Notes under the pieces: generated by a model | The model's input: only the letters and a program-made list of their open reading frames with translations | Databases searched by the model: none | What the model was told of the DNA's origin: nothing | In this document: positions 1-8,834 of the stretch, piece after piece | Position numbering within the stretch: the stretch's first letter is position 1 | How the letters are laid out: the number at the start of each line of letters is the position of its first letter | DNA from: Methanobacteriota archaeon | GTDB taxonomy: Archaea; Thermoplasmatota; Poseidoniia; Poseidoniales; Poseidoniaceae | DNA: 64,000 nucleotides | NCBI GenBank assembly: GCA_018650165.1 | Contig: JABIGM010000035.1 | Span: forward strand, 7,542-71,541 | Direction of reading: 5' to 3' | Made by a program: the position numbers and the translations under genes

Positions 1-79
1 ATCTCTGGAGTCTTGAAGAAGAGTGATAGGAATCTTGTAAATGCACAAGCCTCATCACCGTTGGTCTGCTCGCAGTAGC

Positions 80-946
80 ATGGCAGCAATTCGCTTGGAC
101 GGAAAGGCCTGTGCGGCTGACCTTGAAGAGAGGCTAAAACAGCGAATTGTCAATTGCACTATCCAACCGCATCTTGCTGTTGTGATTGTTGGCAATGACC
201 CTGCATCTCATGTTTACGTGCGAAATAAAATAAAATCTTGCGAGAGGTTGGGAATCAAGTCGTCTCACATTGAACTTCCTGCAGAAACATCTCAAGATGA
301 AGTTGTAAAAACAATTCTTGCTTTGAATGGTGATGACAGTTTACATGGTATTCTAATACAATCTCCATTGCCATCGCATATGGATGAAGAGTCATTGACT
401 GATTTGATTGACCCAAAGAAGGATGTTGATGGTTTTCATCCAGTAAATCTTGGCCGAATTGTTCAAGGTAGACTGGATGGAATGATTCCCTGTACACCGG
501 CAGGGGTTATGGAAATGCTAAGATGGTCCAAGGTAGAAATGTCGGGCAAGAAAGCAGTAGTGATCGGTCGTTCATTCAATGTCGGAATGCCGCAAGCGCT
601 TCTATTGGCTGCCAAAGGAGCTGATGCAACTGTAACTATTGTCCATTCAAGAACAAAGGATGCAAAAGCAGAATGCTTGACAGCGGATATTGTAATTGCC
701 GCAGTCGGTCGCCCTGAGATGGTGACGTCGGATTGGATTAAACCAGGTGCTGTTGTCGTCGATGTTGGAATTAACCGAATAGATGATTCTACTCGTGAAA
801 GAGGATGGAGATTAGCAGGAGACGTCCATCCTGATGTCGCAGAAGTTGCCTCACTGTTATCCCCGGTTCCGGGTGGAGTTGGTCCAATGACTGTTGCTAT
901 GCTAATGGCTAACACTGTAACAGCCACAGAAGGCCAACATTCTTGA
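80..946 (+). CDS. folD: Bifunctional methylenetetrahydrofolate dehydrogenase/cyclohydrolase FolD
   Basis: ORF 41..946. The internal ATG at 80 gives an MAAIRLDGK N-terminus typical of FolD. Motifs YVRNKIK, DVDGFHP and SPVPGGVGPMTVAML. Confidence 0.9.
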   Translation: MAAIRLDGKACAADLEERLKQRIVNCTIQPHLAVVIVGNDPASHVYVRNKIKSCERLGIKSSHIELPAETSQDEVVKTILALNGDDSLHGILIQSPLPSHMDEESLTDLIDPKKDVDGFHPVNLGRIVQGRLDGMIPCTPAGVMEMLRWSKVEMSGKKAVVIGRSFNVGMPQALLLAAKGADATVTIVHSRTKDAKAECLTADIVIAAVGRPEMVTSDWIKPGAVVVDVGINRIDDSTRERGWRLAGDVHPDVAEVASLLSPVPGGVGPMTVAMLMANTVTATEGQHS

Positions 947-969
947 GTTCGAGACTCCGGTCTGTCACC

Positions 970-1647
970 ATGGACCCGAGACACCCCACCGTTGCATTCG
1001 CTGCCAACACAGTTGCGCTTGTACTAGGAGTCGGGATACTTTTCTCAGTATTTTTACCAGTTGGCACCCCTACAGGATGGGGTATTATCGAAACTATTCT
1101 TGCGTTATTAGTTACGACAAGTTTTGCAGTTTCTTGGTGGGCTAAAAAAGAGCATACCGTGCTAGTAGTCCATGCTCACGGCAGTTCAAGTGAGCAATAT
1201 GAAGCAATGGAGGATTTACCCACCATGGTTAACCTCGATAGTGCTGCTGACTCTGTAAATCCCAATACTGCCGCAGTAATTGCATCAATTGTTGGAAGTA
1301 CATCCACCCAAGAGGAAACTGCTGTTTCTAATGCGATTGACACCCTCTCCTCTGGAGAAATAGGGGCTAGTGCCGCAGCAGCAGTAGCGCACAACGATGT
1401 AGACCACACCAAAGTGAATTTAGAAACATTTGACGTAAGAGGTTTCCAAACACAGGGTGTTGATTCCATACCGCTTCCAGGTATTGAAGAATTAGAGACT
1501 CCTTTAATCCCTAAATTGGAACTTCCAGACTCCCCTTCCAGTATAGATTTACCAGAAATGCCAGACCTTGATAGTTTACTGAATGATGATGTTGAACCTA
1601 CGGTTCTCCCTCCACTTGATTTACCTGATTTACCTGATTTACCTTAA
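970..1647 (+). CDS. Hypothetical membrane protein with acidic Pro/Leu-rich C-terminal tail
   Basis: ORF 943..1647. Two hydrophobic helices (VAFAANTVALVLGVGILFSVF, IIETILALLVTTSFAVSWW) followed by an acidic tail ending in the LPDLPDLPDLP repeat. Start is either TTG 943 (overlaps the folD stop) or ATG 970. Confidence 0.5.
   Translation: MDPRHPTVAFAANTVALVLGVGILFSVFLPVGTPTGWGIIETILALLVTTSFAVSWWAKKEHTVLVVHAHGSSSEQYEAMEDLPTMVNLDSAADSVNPNTAAVIASIVGSTSTQEETAVSNAIDTLSSGEIGASAAAAVAHNDVDHTKVNLETFDVRGFQTQGVDSIPLPGIEELETPLIPKLELPDSPSSIDLPEMPDLDSLLNDDVEPTVLPPLDLPDLPDLP
1618..1644. repeat. Perfect 3 x 9-bp tandem repeat (gatttacct) encoding DLP-DLP-DLP
   Basis: Read directly: gatttacct gatttacct gatttacct, followed by the taa stop. 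Confidence 0.9.
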
Positions 1648-1662
1648 TTTTGAGTGATCTGA

Positions 1663-2487
1663 ATGTGGACTGAACTGGTAGACCTACATTCACATTCACG
1701 CCACAGCGATGGCCTTTGGACCCCATGTGAAATGGCAACTCGGGCATTTGAATCAGGAGTGCGTATCTGGTCACTGACAGACCATGATACCAATACTGGT
1801 TGGAAAGAAGCACAGGAGGAATGCAACAGACTTGGAATGAAATTCATCCCCGGCGTTGAAATTACATGTGAAGTAGAACTGCAAAGTGAAACGCACAACC
1901 CTACCTCGTGGCACCTCTTGGCATATTTCCCTGATGGTGCATCAATGGAGTTTTCAAATTGGCTTGCAGAATTGAAGGAAGCTCGTTTACCTCGGATGAA
2001 AAATATGCTAAATGCCCTGAAAGAGCACGGTCATGAGATACCACTTGCAGATGTTGAGAAACATACTGCTGGTGCCCTAGGCCGCCCCCATCTTGCACGT
2101 GCTATGGTCGAGCATGGAATTGTAGATTCTGTTCAGGAAGCATTCGAAGAATGGATAGGTGATTCTGGGCCGGCATTTCGTGAGCGCCCACTTCCAAGTA
2201 TTTCCCATGCCGTTGAAACCGTTCATGAAGCCGGTGGAATCACTTCATTAGCCCATCCGAAATATTATGGAATAAGTTCTGAGATTTTGGTGCCGGCATT
2301 GTTACGTTTGGGAGTTGATTGTATCGAGGCAATTCACAACTCTCATCCCGATTCCTATCGCTTCGAGTTGCTTAATCAAGGTATGCCAGTTACTGTTGGA
2401 GGCGATTCACATGGTACCGAAAAGCGCCCTTCTCCAGGAAAGATGGTTGTTCCAATCAGGAATCTACACCCGTGTTTTCGCCCGTGA
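1663..2487 (+). CDS. PHP-domain metal-dependent phosphoesterase (TrpH/YciV-like)
   Basis: N-terminal DLHSHSRHSDG motif, then AHP...IEAIHNSH and a GGDSHG histidine cluster, typical of the PHP fold. Confidence 0.8.
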   Translation: MWTELVDLHSHSRHSDGLWTPCEMATRAFESGVRIWSLTDHDTNTGWKEAQEECNRLGMKFIPGVEITCEVELQSETHNPTSWHLLAYFPDGASMEFSNWLAELKEARLPRMKNMLNALKEHGHEIPLADVEKHTAGALGRPHLARAMVEHGIVDSVQEAFEEWIGDSGPAFRERPLPSISHAVETVHEAGGITSLAHPKYYGISSEILVPALLRLGVDCIEAIHNSHPDSYRFELLNQGMPVTVGGDSHGTEKRPSPGKMVVPIRNLHPCFRP

Positions 2488-3208
2488 AAGTGTCCCAGAT
2501 TATAGCAGCTTCAAACAGAAGAATAATTGGTATTGCTACTAGGAATAGAGAGAGCGGGTCTGGTGGTGAAAAGGCCGCTCCAAGTACAAATGTTGCAAAC
2601 CATATGTGCTTTCGATATGATAGTAGTGTTGCCCTATCTACAGCGCCACTCTTCAGTGTGAGGAGTGTAATAAGAGGAGCTTGGAAGCCAATTATGCATA
2701 CTAGACACAAATTAACAATGAAGCCAATGAATGAAGAAAGCCGCCACTCGGTCGACAGTCCTGCAGCCTGGGCATCACTTGCAAGGTAGTCAAGAAGCAT
2801 TGGAGTTAGAAGGTTCCACGAATACAACAAACCGGATATTGCAAGGATAATTGCGAATAAAAGAGTCAGAACAGCAAACCTTCCTGGTTTGGGTGTTTTA
2901 GATGTTAATCCACTTTTCCAGGCACCATCGATTATCAAATAAAATACTGCGAATCCAGCGCCAACCCAAGCTCCAACTTTCACCTGTAGCATGATGAACT
3001 CGACCGGCGTTAAGACAATAATTGCAACATCATCCGGAACTAAACCTGCATTGAGTAACCATTCTACCAAACGGTAGGCGAAGGGAATCCCTAGCATTAG
3101 TCCTAGCAAAAACAAAATTACAATCGTTTTCAAACGGCTCTTGATGTGGGATGAAACCTGGTCTAATAGATTCCTGATTTCAGGATCGATTAGTGGTTTG
3201 TCATCCAT
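2456..3208 (-). CDS. tatC: Sec-independent (Tat) protein translocase subunit TatC
   Basis: 250 aa with about 6 TM segments. Conserved C-proximal motif FSPPDPLSLFLVAIP and overall TatC-like helix spacing. Confidence 0.75.
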   Translation of the reverse strand: MDDKPLIDPEIRNLLDQVSSHIKSRLKTIVILFLLGLMLGIPFAYRLVEWLLNAGLVPDDVAIIVLTPVEFIMLQVKVGAWVGAGFAVFYLIIDGAWKSGLTSKTPKPGRFAVLTLLFAIILAISGLLYSWNLLTPMLLDYLASDAQAAGLSTEWRLSSFIGFIVNLCLVCIIGFQAPLITLLTLKSGAVDRATLLSYRKHIWFATFVLGAAFSPPDPLSLFLVAIPIILLFEAAIIWDTFTGENTGVDS

Positions 3209-4639
3209 TCACTCTTCCTCCCACTTGTGGGATGGTGTAGAGTCAATCATTGACCTTCCGGCCGTCTTTAATCTCTTCAAACGGTATAGCACAAATCCAG
3301 TTATCCACATAGATGGTAAAGACAAAGCGACGGCTTTCCACATTTGGTCATCGCCATAGTCGTTGAGAATTCTGACTTCGATAACATCATCGACATTTTC
3401 AGCATCATTGTGCAAAATAACCAGGTGCCATATCTTGACATCAGTAGTGGTAATTACAAATTCTTCTCCGGGAAGGACGTCGTATGTGGTAGTGTTCTTT
3501 TCCAATTCGTCCCAATCAATTACCCCTTCATCCATGTATATCGATGCGGCATCATTCCAAATGATTGTAAATTGTAGAGTGTGAGTCTCATCTAAATTTT
3601 TGATTGAAGTTGTAATCTCTTCACCATATTGTAATGGTGTCAATATTTCAAAGGTGGAATCGCCGCCCCCCAGTCGCATTGAAACGCGGTCATCGATATT
3701 TTCTTCTTGGTAAGATGTAGCAGATAGTACAAGGAACAGTATTACTAAAGTGGCAGCACCTTCCCAAAATGTGTGGCTAGCGACTTTCTTCTTGTCGACG
3801 CCTTCAAACATTTTCCCATGGTCATTACGCAGCCTTGGCTGAAGGTGGTGGATGAATAATGCACCAATCGCCCCAACTAACAAACCAAGAGGGATATCAA
3901 CCAACCAGTGTATGCCGAGGTAGGCTATTGTGAAAATAAACAAAATTGTGTTTATTACAATGAATAGGTGGTATGGCCAATGAGTCCATTCACGCATTTT
4001 AATTTCCTTCTCTTTACAATGTAGCCAGTTAAGAAGAATCATTCCAAATGGTATTGCTACATGCAATGATGGAACTGCGTTGTCAAGAGGGTCATGTGAT
4101 GCATAGAATGCACTATACCATCCATCGTGATACAGTAGCGCTTTCATTCCGGGTATCCATGACGAGGTTACTTCAACATTGAAGAAGAGGTAATACGGTA
4201 CTGCTATTGCATAGATTAGCAAATAGTTTAGAGTTACTTTGTCAGTCAAATCCCTCTCACCAACATAGGCGAAGTAAACAGTTGTAATGTAAATCAGGAA
4301 GAGATAGATAAACAAATAGTGGAAGTTGAGGAACTCGGTAAGAATTGCATTTTCAAAGGTTTGTTGCACCCATAATGTAGCATTACCTTCCAGTGCATAT
4401 ATCCACTCAGTCCAATTCCCAGTACTGATTTTTATTGGTTCATTCAGGTCATCAGTTACAGATTTCCATTCCAAAATAACTAGGTAACCAAGTACATGGA
4501 GATAGTATCTCTTGTCATGAATTATTTGGAATGCACTACCCAATGGAGTGCGGGTCTCCTTCCGTCCAAGTGTAAACACCCAACACACTATTGGGGTGAG
4601 TATTAGGATAATACCCATCATTACCCAATATGGACTCAT
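3209..4639 (-). CDS. PAP2_C/Aur1-type membrane phosphotransferase-like protein with C-terminal extracytoplasmic domain and TM anchor
   Basis: Multi-TM N-terminal half with PSLHVAIPF and IHWLVDIPLG (HxxxD) motifs. This is followed by a soluble domain of about 170 aa and a terminal TM helix. Its stop abuts the tatC start (3209/3208). Confidence 0.55.
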   Translation of the reverse strand: MSPYWVMMGIILILTPIVCWVFTLGRKETRTPLGSAFQIIHDKRYYLHVLGYLVILEWKSVTDDLNEPIKISTGNWTEWIYALEGNATLWVQQTFENAILTEFLNFHYLFIYLFLIYITTVYFAYVGERDLTDKVTLNYLLIYAIAVPYYLFFNVEVTSSWIPGMKALLYHDGWYSAFYASHDPLDNAVPSLHVAIPFGMILLNWLHCKEKEIKMREWTHWPYHLFIVINTILFIFTIAYLGIHWLVDIPLGLLVGAIGALFIHHLQPRLRNDHGKMFEGVDKKKVASHTFWEGAATLVILFLVLSATSYQEENIDDRVSMRLGGGDSTFEILTPLQYGEEITTSIKNLDETHTLQFTIIWNDAASIYMDEGVIDWDELEKNTTTYDVLPGEEFVITTTDVKIWHLVILHNDAENVDDVIEVRILNDYGDDQMWKAVALSLPSMWITGFVLYRLKRLKTAGRSMIDSTPSHKWEEE

Positions 4640-4674
4640 ATTTCACCCTTCATAGCCTATGGCTATGAGCGTTT

Positions 4675-6441
4675 TCACTCGTGAGAGGCAGAACGGTTTC
4701 TTTCATCCTCTGCTTTGGCGACTGCGATACCGTCTTCGACATCGACTTTCCGGAGTATAATCGCTCCTGCAATAATCAATATAGAGAGTGCAAAAATTCC
4801 TACTCTTGAATCAAACCAGATTGTCATTAGTGAATAAATTAGAGGGCCGAGTAAAGCTGCAACCTTTCCAAAGAATCCAAAGAAACCAAAGAATTCAGCA
4901 GATCGTGTTTCGGGGACCATCTGTCCAAACATCGAACGTGCAAGGCCTTGAGACCCTCCGAGTAATGCTCCAGCAAATACACCCAGTAACAAGAATTGGT
5001 AGAACACGCTCATTCCAAGAGGCTCCCAAATCACCGAACGAACAGTCTCTGGAATAGCGTCTAAAACTCCATCGCCAAGACTAGATGGGTGATTTACTCC
5101 CACTTCGGTTTGTTCACCAAATTCTCCTCCCTCGATGCTATATGAGAATCTTGATTCATCCATTGAAGATTTTAGATTAGCGAGTGCATCAGCGGTTAAA
5201 TTAACTGTAATTGTAATTGGCTTATCATCATCATCAAACGCCCATTTTACAGCATAGCCTTGTCTTTTAACATCGCTATTTTCCTCTACTGGCAAAATAT
5301 CCTCATTGTCGAATGCCCATATTTGTTCATCGTCATCTGGTAGTGCAGCGATGTTGTTTACACCCTCTCTGGCTTCTACGGTATACGTGTTATTCTCTTC
5401 ATCCCAAGTGTATTGAATATCGTATTCATCATGGCTTTCAAGTTCCAGAGGGGCGAAAGAGAGTGCACCTACAATTACTACACACCAGCACACCAGCGAA
5501 AAATGCAACGCCTTCTTAGTGCCCCATTTATCTGCTAATTTTGTGAACCCAATAGCCGCAGGAGCTGCGACGAATTGTATGATTAGAATTGTCATAATGA
5601 GGCCAGTGGTTGTTAGGCCCAGCACTACTATTCCGAATACTCCTGCCAAAGCAGTAACAGAATTTATTCCATCTATGAAACAGAAGTATGCAATCATGTA
5701 GATGAATAGTGTCCTGAAACTCTTAATGTCCCCTAAAGTAGATTTCACTTCACCTAGAGCCATCTTGGTTGAATCCACAACTCCCATAGGTTCCATTTCA
5801 TTTTCGATGTGAGGCTCTGGAATCATTCTGAACGTCATTTGTGCAAATCCAAGCCACCATAATCCAGATGATGCCATGATGAATGGAATGACCCAGGTAC
5901 CATCTAGCGCCAACCACATTCCAAGGTGGACTACGAGAAGTATGCCACCCCCAAGGTATCCTGCAGCAAAGGCTTTGTTTGAGATAGCATCCATTTCAGA
6001 ATCGTCGCCCATATGCGGGAGTAATGCATTGTAGAATACTCCTGCACCATTAAGTCCGACATTTGCAACCATGAACATAATCATGGCCCAAACCCACCCC
6101 ATCGAGATACCGAGGTATGGAGATGCTGCTAACAGAATACACGAAACTGAACCTATAACTGTCAGGACTCTTAACCACCAAATTTTGATCATACGACGGT
6201 CAGCGATTACCCCTAGCGATGGAGCACATATTGCAACTAGGAGAGCACCAACCATTACAGCGGCAGAGAACATTGCATCTGCAGTCCATTCTGACCCAAG
6301 GAATTTGGTAGATATACCATTTGCTTCAGCAAACAAAAAGGCAAACCAGGCGGGGAAAATCGCAGTGGTAACCGATGTTTCAAAAGCGCTCTTTCCCCAA
6401 TCATATGCACAATATCCTCGTACGCGTTGGTCTTCTGCCAT
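4675..6441 (-). CDS. MFS transporter, UMF1/Atg22-like family, with a large acidic loop insertion
   Basis: ORF 4675..6561. The ATG at 6441 (MAEDQRVRGYCAYDWGKSAFETS) fits the family N-terminus and removes the overlap with the GDPD gene. About 12 TM segments, with an acidic insert of about 140 aa at residues 372-510 (ORF numbering). Confidence 0.7.
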   Translation of the reverse strand: MAEDQRVRGYCAYDWGKSAFETSVTTAIFPAWFAFLFAEANGISTKFLGSEWTADAMFSAAVMVGALLVAICAPSLGVIADRRMIKIWWLRVLTVIGSVSCILLAASPYLGISMGWVWAMIMFMVANVGLNGAGVFYNALLPHMGDDSEMDAISNKAFAAGYLGGGILLVVHLGMWLALDGTWVIPFIMASSGLWWLGFAQMTFRMIPEPHIENEMEPMGVVDSTKMALGEVKSTLGDIKSFRTLFIYMIAYFCFIDGINSVTALAGVFGIVVLGLTTTGLIMTILIIQFVAAPAAIGFTKLADKWGTKKALHFSLVCWCVVIVGALSFAPLELESHDEYDIQYTWDEENNTYTVEAREGVNNIAALPDDDEQIWAFDNEDILPVEENSDVKRQGYAVKWAFDDDDKPITITVNLTADALANLKSSMDESRFSYSIEGGEFGEQTEVGVNHPSSLGDGVLDAIPETVRSVIWEPLGMSVFYQFLLLGVFAGALLGGSQGLARSMFGQMVPETRSAEFFGFFGFFGKVAALLGPLIYSLMTIWFDSRVGIFALSILIIAGAIILRKVDVEDGIAVAKAEDERNRSASHE

Positions 6442-6532
6442 AATTGGTGACCCGCATGTTTGCTTATGATGGTTGGGCCGGATTTGTGAACCGGCACATG
6501 ATTCAATAATGAAATCGCATTGAGCCATAACA

Positions 6533-7546
6533 ATGGCATGGTCCCAGCCCGCTGAAAACACTCATGCTTCTTTGGTTGAAGCGATGCAGAGAATGGATGG
6601 TGTTGAATTCGATTTGCGTCTGACTGCAGACGACCAGTTAGTAATCCATCACGACCATACCGTTTCGATTCCAAAAGATATGTTCGAAGGCCGTTCAAAG
6701 ATTGTTGAGAATTGGGATTTGAAGGATTTAGAAGAAGTTGGATTTTGTTCATTTGAAAAATTGATGTCAGATAAATCATGGCTGGTTCCTTGGCAAGAAC
6801 ATTCGAAAGTTGCATGTCTTGAAATCAAACGAAGTCTGCCAGAGGTTGCCAAAGACCCTACCGCGCGAATGGCGCGAATAATGAAATTAGCAAGTGAGAT
6901 GGTAGACGAAGCTGGAATACACGAAGAGGCTGCGGTGTTTTATGCATTCCATCGGCCTATGGCTAAAGTGGCTAAGTTATCCGGTTCTAAGCGACCGTGG
7001 TCTCGACTATTACCAATAGTGCCTCGAACAGGTTCACACAATAGTAAGAGATTTCGCGCTGCGCCCGAATTCATAGCCTATTCCTTCCGTAGATTGCTTT
7101 ACTCGCAAAAGAAATCAGGGGCGCCAATGATGCCATGTGCCGTAGATTATGTTGAAGGCCTCAAGAGATTTTTACACTTTGGCAGACCAGTTGGTCTCAA
7201 AGGCCGTCAATTGAAACGATTGACGAAGATAAGAAATGGTTTTCCTGTATATGTATGGCCTGGCCACCCTTACCTAGAGCGAGACTTATTGGGTGCTGGT
7301 CTCTCAATACTGACTGATTTTGCAGATCCCGCAATGAAATTACCTTGTGGGAGTGAGCGCTGGTTGAGGCCAGCCACAATGCCATTGACAGACGAACAAT
7401 GGTCTGGTTTAGAGAAAGGAATCATCCCGACTGATGTAGCACCGTGGCATGAAACTAGTGATGAACAATTAGGCTGGAGTGGAACTAGAATGATTGGGCA
7501 CAGGGGATGCGGTAAAACACCGCGTCCAGTTATTCAATCGATGTGA
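6533..7546 (+). CDS. Glycerophosphodiester phosphodiesterase (GDPD) family protein, atypical termini
   Basis: ENTHASLVEAM...VEFDLRLTADDQLVIHHDHT matches the GDPD core, and GLSILTDFADP is the usual C-terminal strand. The N-terminal HRG motif is missing (in-frame stop at 6521). An IGHRGCGK motif sits at the extreme C-terminus. Confidence 0.7.
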   Translation: MAWSQPAENTHASLVEAMQRMDGVEFDLRLTADDQLVIHHDHTVSIPKDMFEGRSKIVENWDLKDLEEVGFCSFEKLMSDKSWLVPWQEHSKVACLEIKRSLPEVAKDPTARMARIMKLASEMVDEAGIHEEAAVFYAFHRPMAKVAKLSGSKRPWSRLLPIVPRTGSHNSKRFRAAPEFIAYSFRRLLYSQKKSGAPMMPCAVDYVEGLKRFLHFGRPVGLKGRQLKRLTKIRNGFPVYVWPGHPYLERDLLGAGLSILTDFADPAMKLPCGSERWLRPATMPLTDEQWSGLEKGIIPTDVAPWHETSDEQLGWSGTRMIGHRGCGKTPRPVIQSM

Positions 7547-8718
7547 CGAAGTGTTTGGGCCTCGGCAATATACTTTGGACGGTATATTGGGATTCCTTTT
7601 CCGTTGCGCATCACAGTTCTTTCATCGACAATTTGTGCTCCAATTCCAGCAACACGAGCCCATCCAAAGAAAGTGGTGTAATATTCAGGGTTACGCAAGC
7701 CAACGAAATTTAGCAATGCCCCGCTTGCAATATCGACATTGGCATTTGGATTTTGTATCTTGGGATTTTCAGATAATACCATTGGAGCAACTTCACGAAG
7801 AACTTTGATTGTACGGTAGTATTCATCATCCGGGCATATCTCTTGGCCCAAATCGAATTGCGCAGCTGCTCTCGGGTCTTCAGTTCGTAGAACAGCATGC
7901 CCGAAACCGAACACCGGACGCTTTGCCTCTAACTCTCCACGAACGAATCGCTCTACTTCAGCAGGGTCTGATGTTCCAATACGCTTAACGAATTCAAAGC
8001 ATGACTGGTTTGCCCGACCATGAAGGGGCCCGGATAGAGCGTTCATTGCACCTGCCATCGAAGAGTATACTGTTGCATGACCACTTGCCACTGCCTTTCC
8101 AGCAAAAGTCGAAAGATTACCGCCGCCATGATCCATGTGTAAGACGAGGTAAGTTGACAGTACCCTATTCATTACAGCATTATCAATTCCATTTAAATCG
8201 AGAGTATTTGTGAACCTTCCAACAAGGGGTAAAGATAAATCATCACTTGGAATATCGTCAGTTCTGCCTTCTCTGTATCGGAAAATTAACCCCATCAAGC
8301 GTGGCATCCTAGCAATCAGGTTGAGGGCATCTTCTCGCCAATCATCTTGCCCACCTAGCATTCCTAATGTATGGATCCCAATCGACAGCCAATCCATTGG
8401 GTGGCCATCTCGTGGCAGAGTCGCAAGAACTTGTTCCAACCCTTCAGGTATTACTCCACGAGTTTGTAACTCTTCTCGGAAATCTACAGACTGTTCGAGT
8501 GTTGGAAGTTCCTTGTGAAACAGAAGGAATACTACGTCTTCGGGAGACATCATAGCCAATTCACTAATTGGATAACCGCAGTAATGGACTCCTTCATCTG
8601 GAGTTACAAAAGAGGTTCGACAAGTGCCAACTGGCACTCCGCGCAATCCTGTATTTAGGTGCGCAGTGGTCAGGTTAAGCAGAGACTCGTCACCACTCAC
8701 AAAACCACATCCAACCAT
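7534..8718 (-). CDS. gltA: Citrate synthase (or 2-methylcitrate synthase)
   Basis: ORF 7534..8793. The ATG at 8718 (MVGCGFVSGDESL) is the preferred start. Motifs LVLHMDHGGGNLST and GFGHAVLRTEDPRA are citrate synthase signatures. Confidence 0.9.
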   Translation of the reverse strand: MVGCGFVSGDESLLNLTTAHLNTGLRGVPVGTCRTSFVTPDEGVHYCGYPISELAMMSPEDVVFLLFHKELPTLEQSVDFREELQTRGVIPEGLEQVLATLPRDGHPMDWLSIGIHTLGMLGGQDDWREDALNLIARMPRLMGLIFRYREGRTDDIPSDDLSLPLVGRFTNTLDLNGIDNAVMNRVLSTYLVLHMDHGGGNLSTFAGKAVASGHATVYSSMAGAMNALSGPLHGRANQSCFEFVKRIGTSDPAEVERFVRGELEAKRPVFGFGHAVLRTEDPRAAAQFDLGQEICPDDEYYRTIKVLREVAPMVLSENPKIQNPNANVDIASGALLNFVGLRNPEYYTTFFGWARVAGIGAQIVDERTVMRNGKGIPIYRPKYIAEAQTLRHID

Positions 8719-8777
8719 AGCGACATGCCACTTCTGTATAAGGACGACGCAAAATGTCTCTATTATACGCCGATTCG

Positions 8778-8793
8778 GTGTTGCTAGCAACAC
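8778..8793. promoter_or_regulatory. Perfect 16-bp palindrome GTGTTGCTAGCAACAC upstream of the citrate synthase TATA-like element
   Basis: Verified base by base as self-complementary. On the minus strand it lies about 60-75 nt upstream of the ATG at 8718 and just 5' of CGTATAATAGAG. It is preceded by a T5 tract after the upstream gene. Confidence 0.5.
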
Positions 8794-8834
8794 TTAGTGT
8801 CCTAGACTTTTTTTTGATAGTATTACCAAAAATA

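Noticed and set aside
463-984. 173-aa ORF antisense to folD
   Set aside because: It lies entirely inside the strongly supported folD frame on the opposite strand, and its composition is Ser/Thr/Pro-rich with no motif. This is a typical shadow ORF.
6442-6561. Long N-terminal extensions given by the ORF track (also 8719-8793, 18911-18979, 21725-21823, 26036-26092, 42266-42394, 47010-47102, 62564-62617)
   Set aside because: The extensions overlap neighbouring genes and are Cys/His/Arg-rich, unlike the rest of each protein. Internal ATG codons give N-termini that match family consensus and produce tidy gene junctions.
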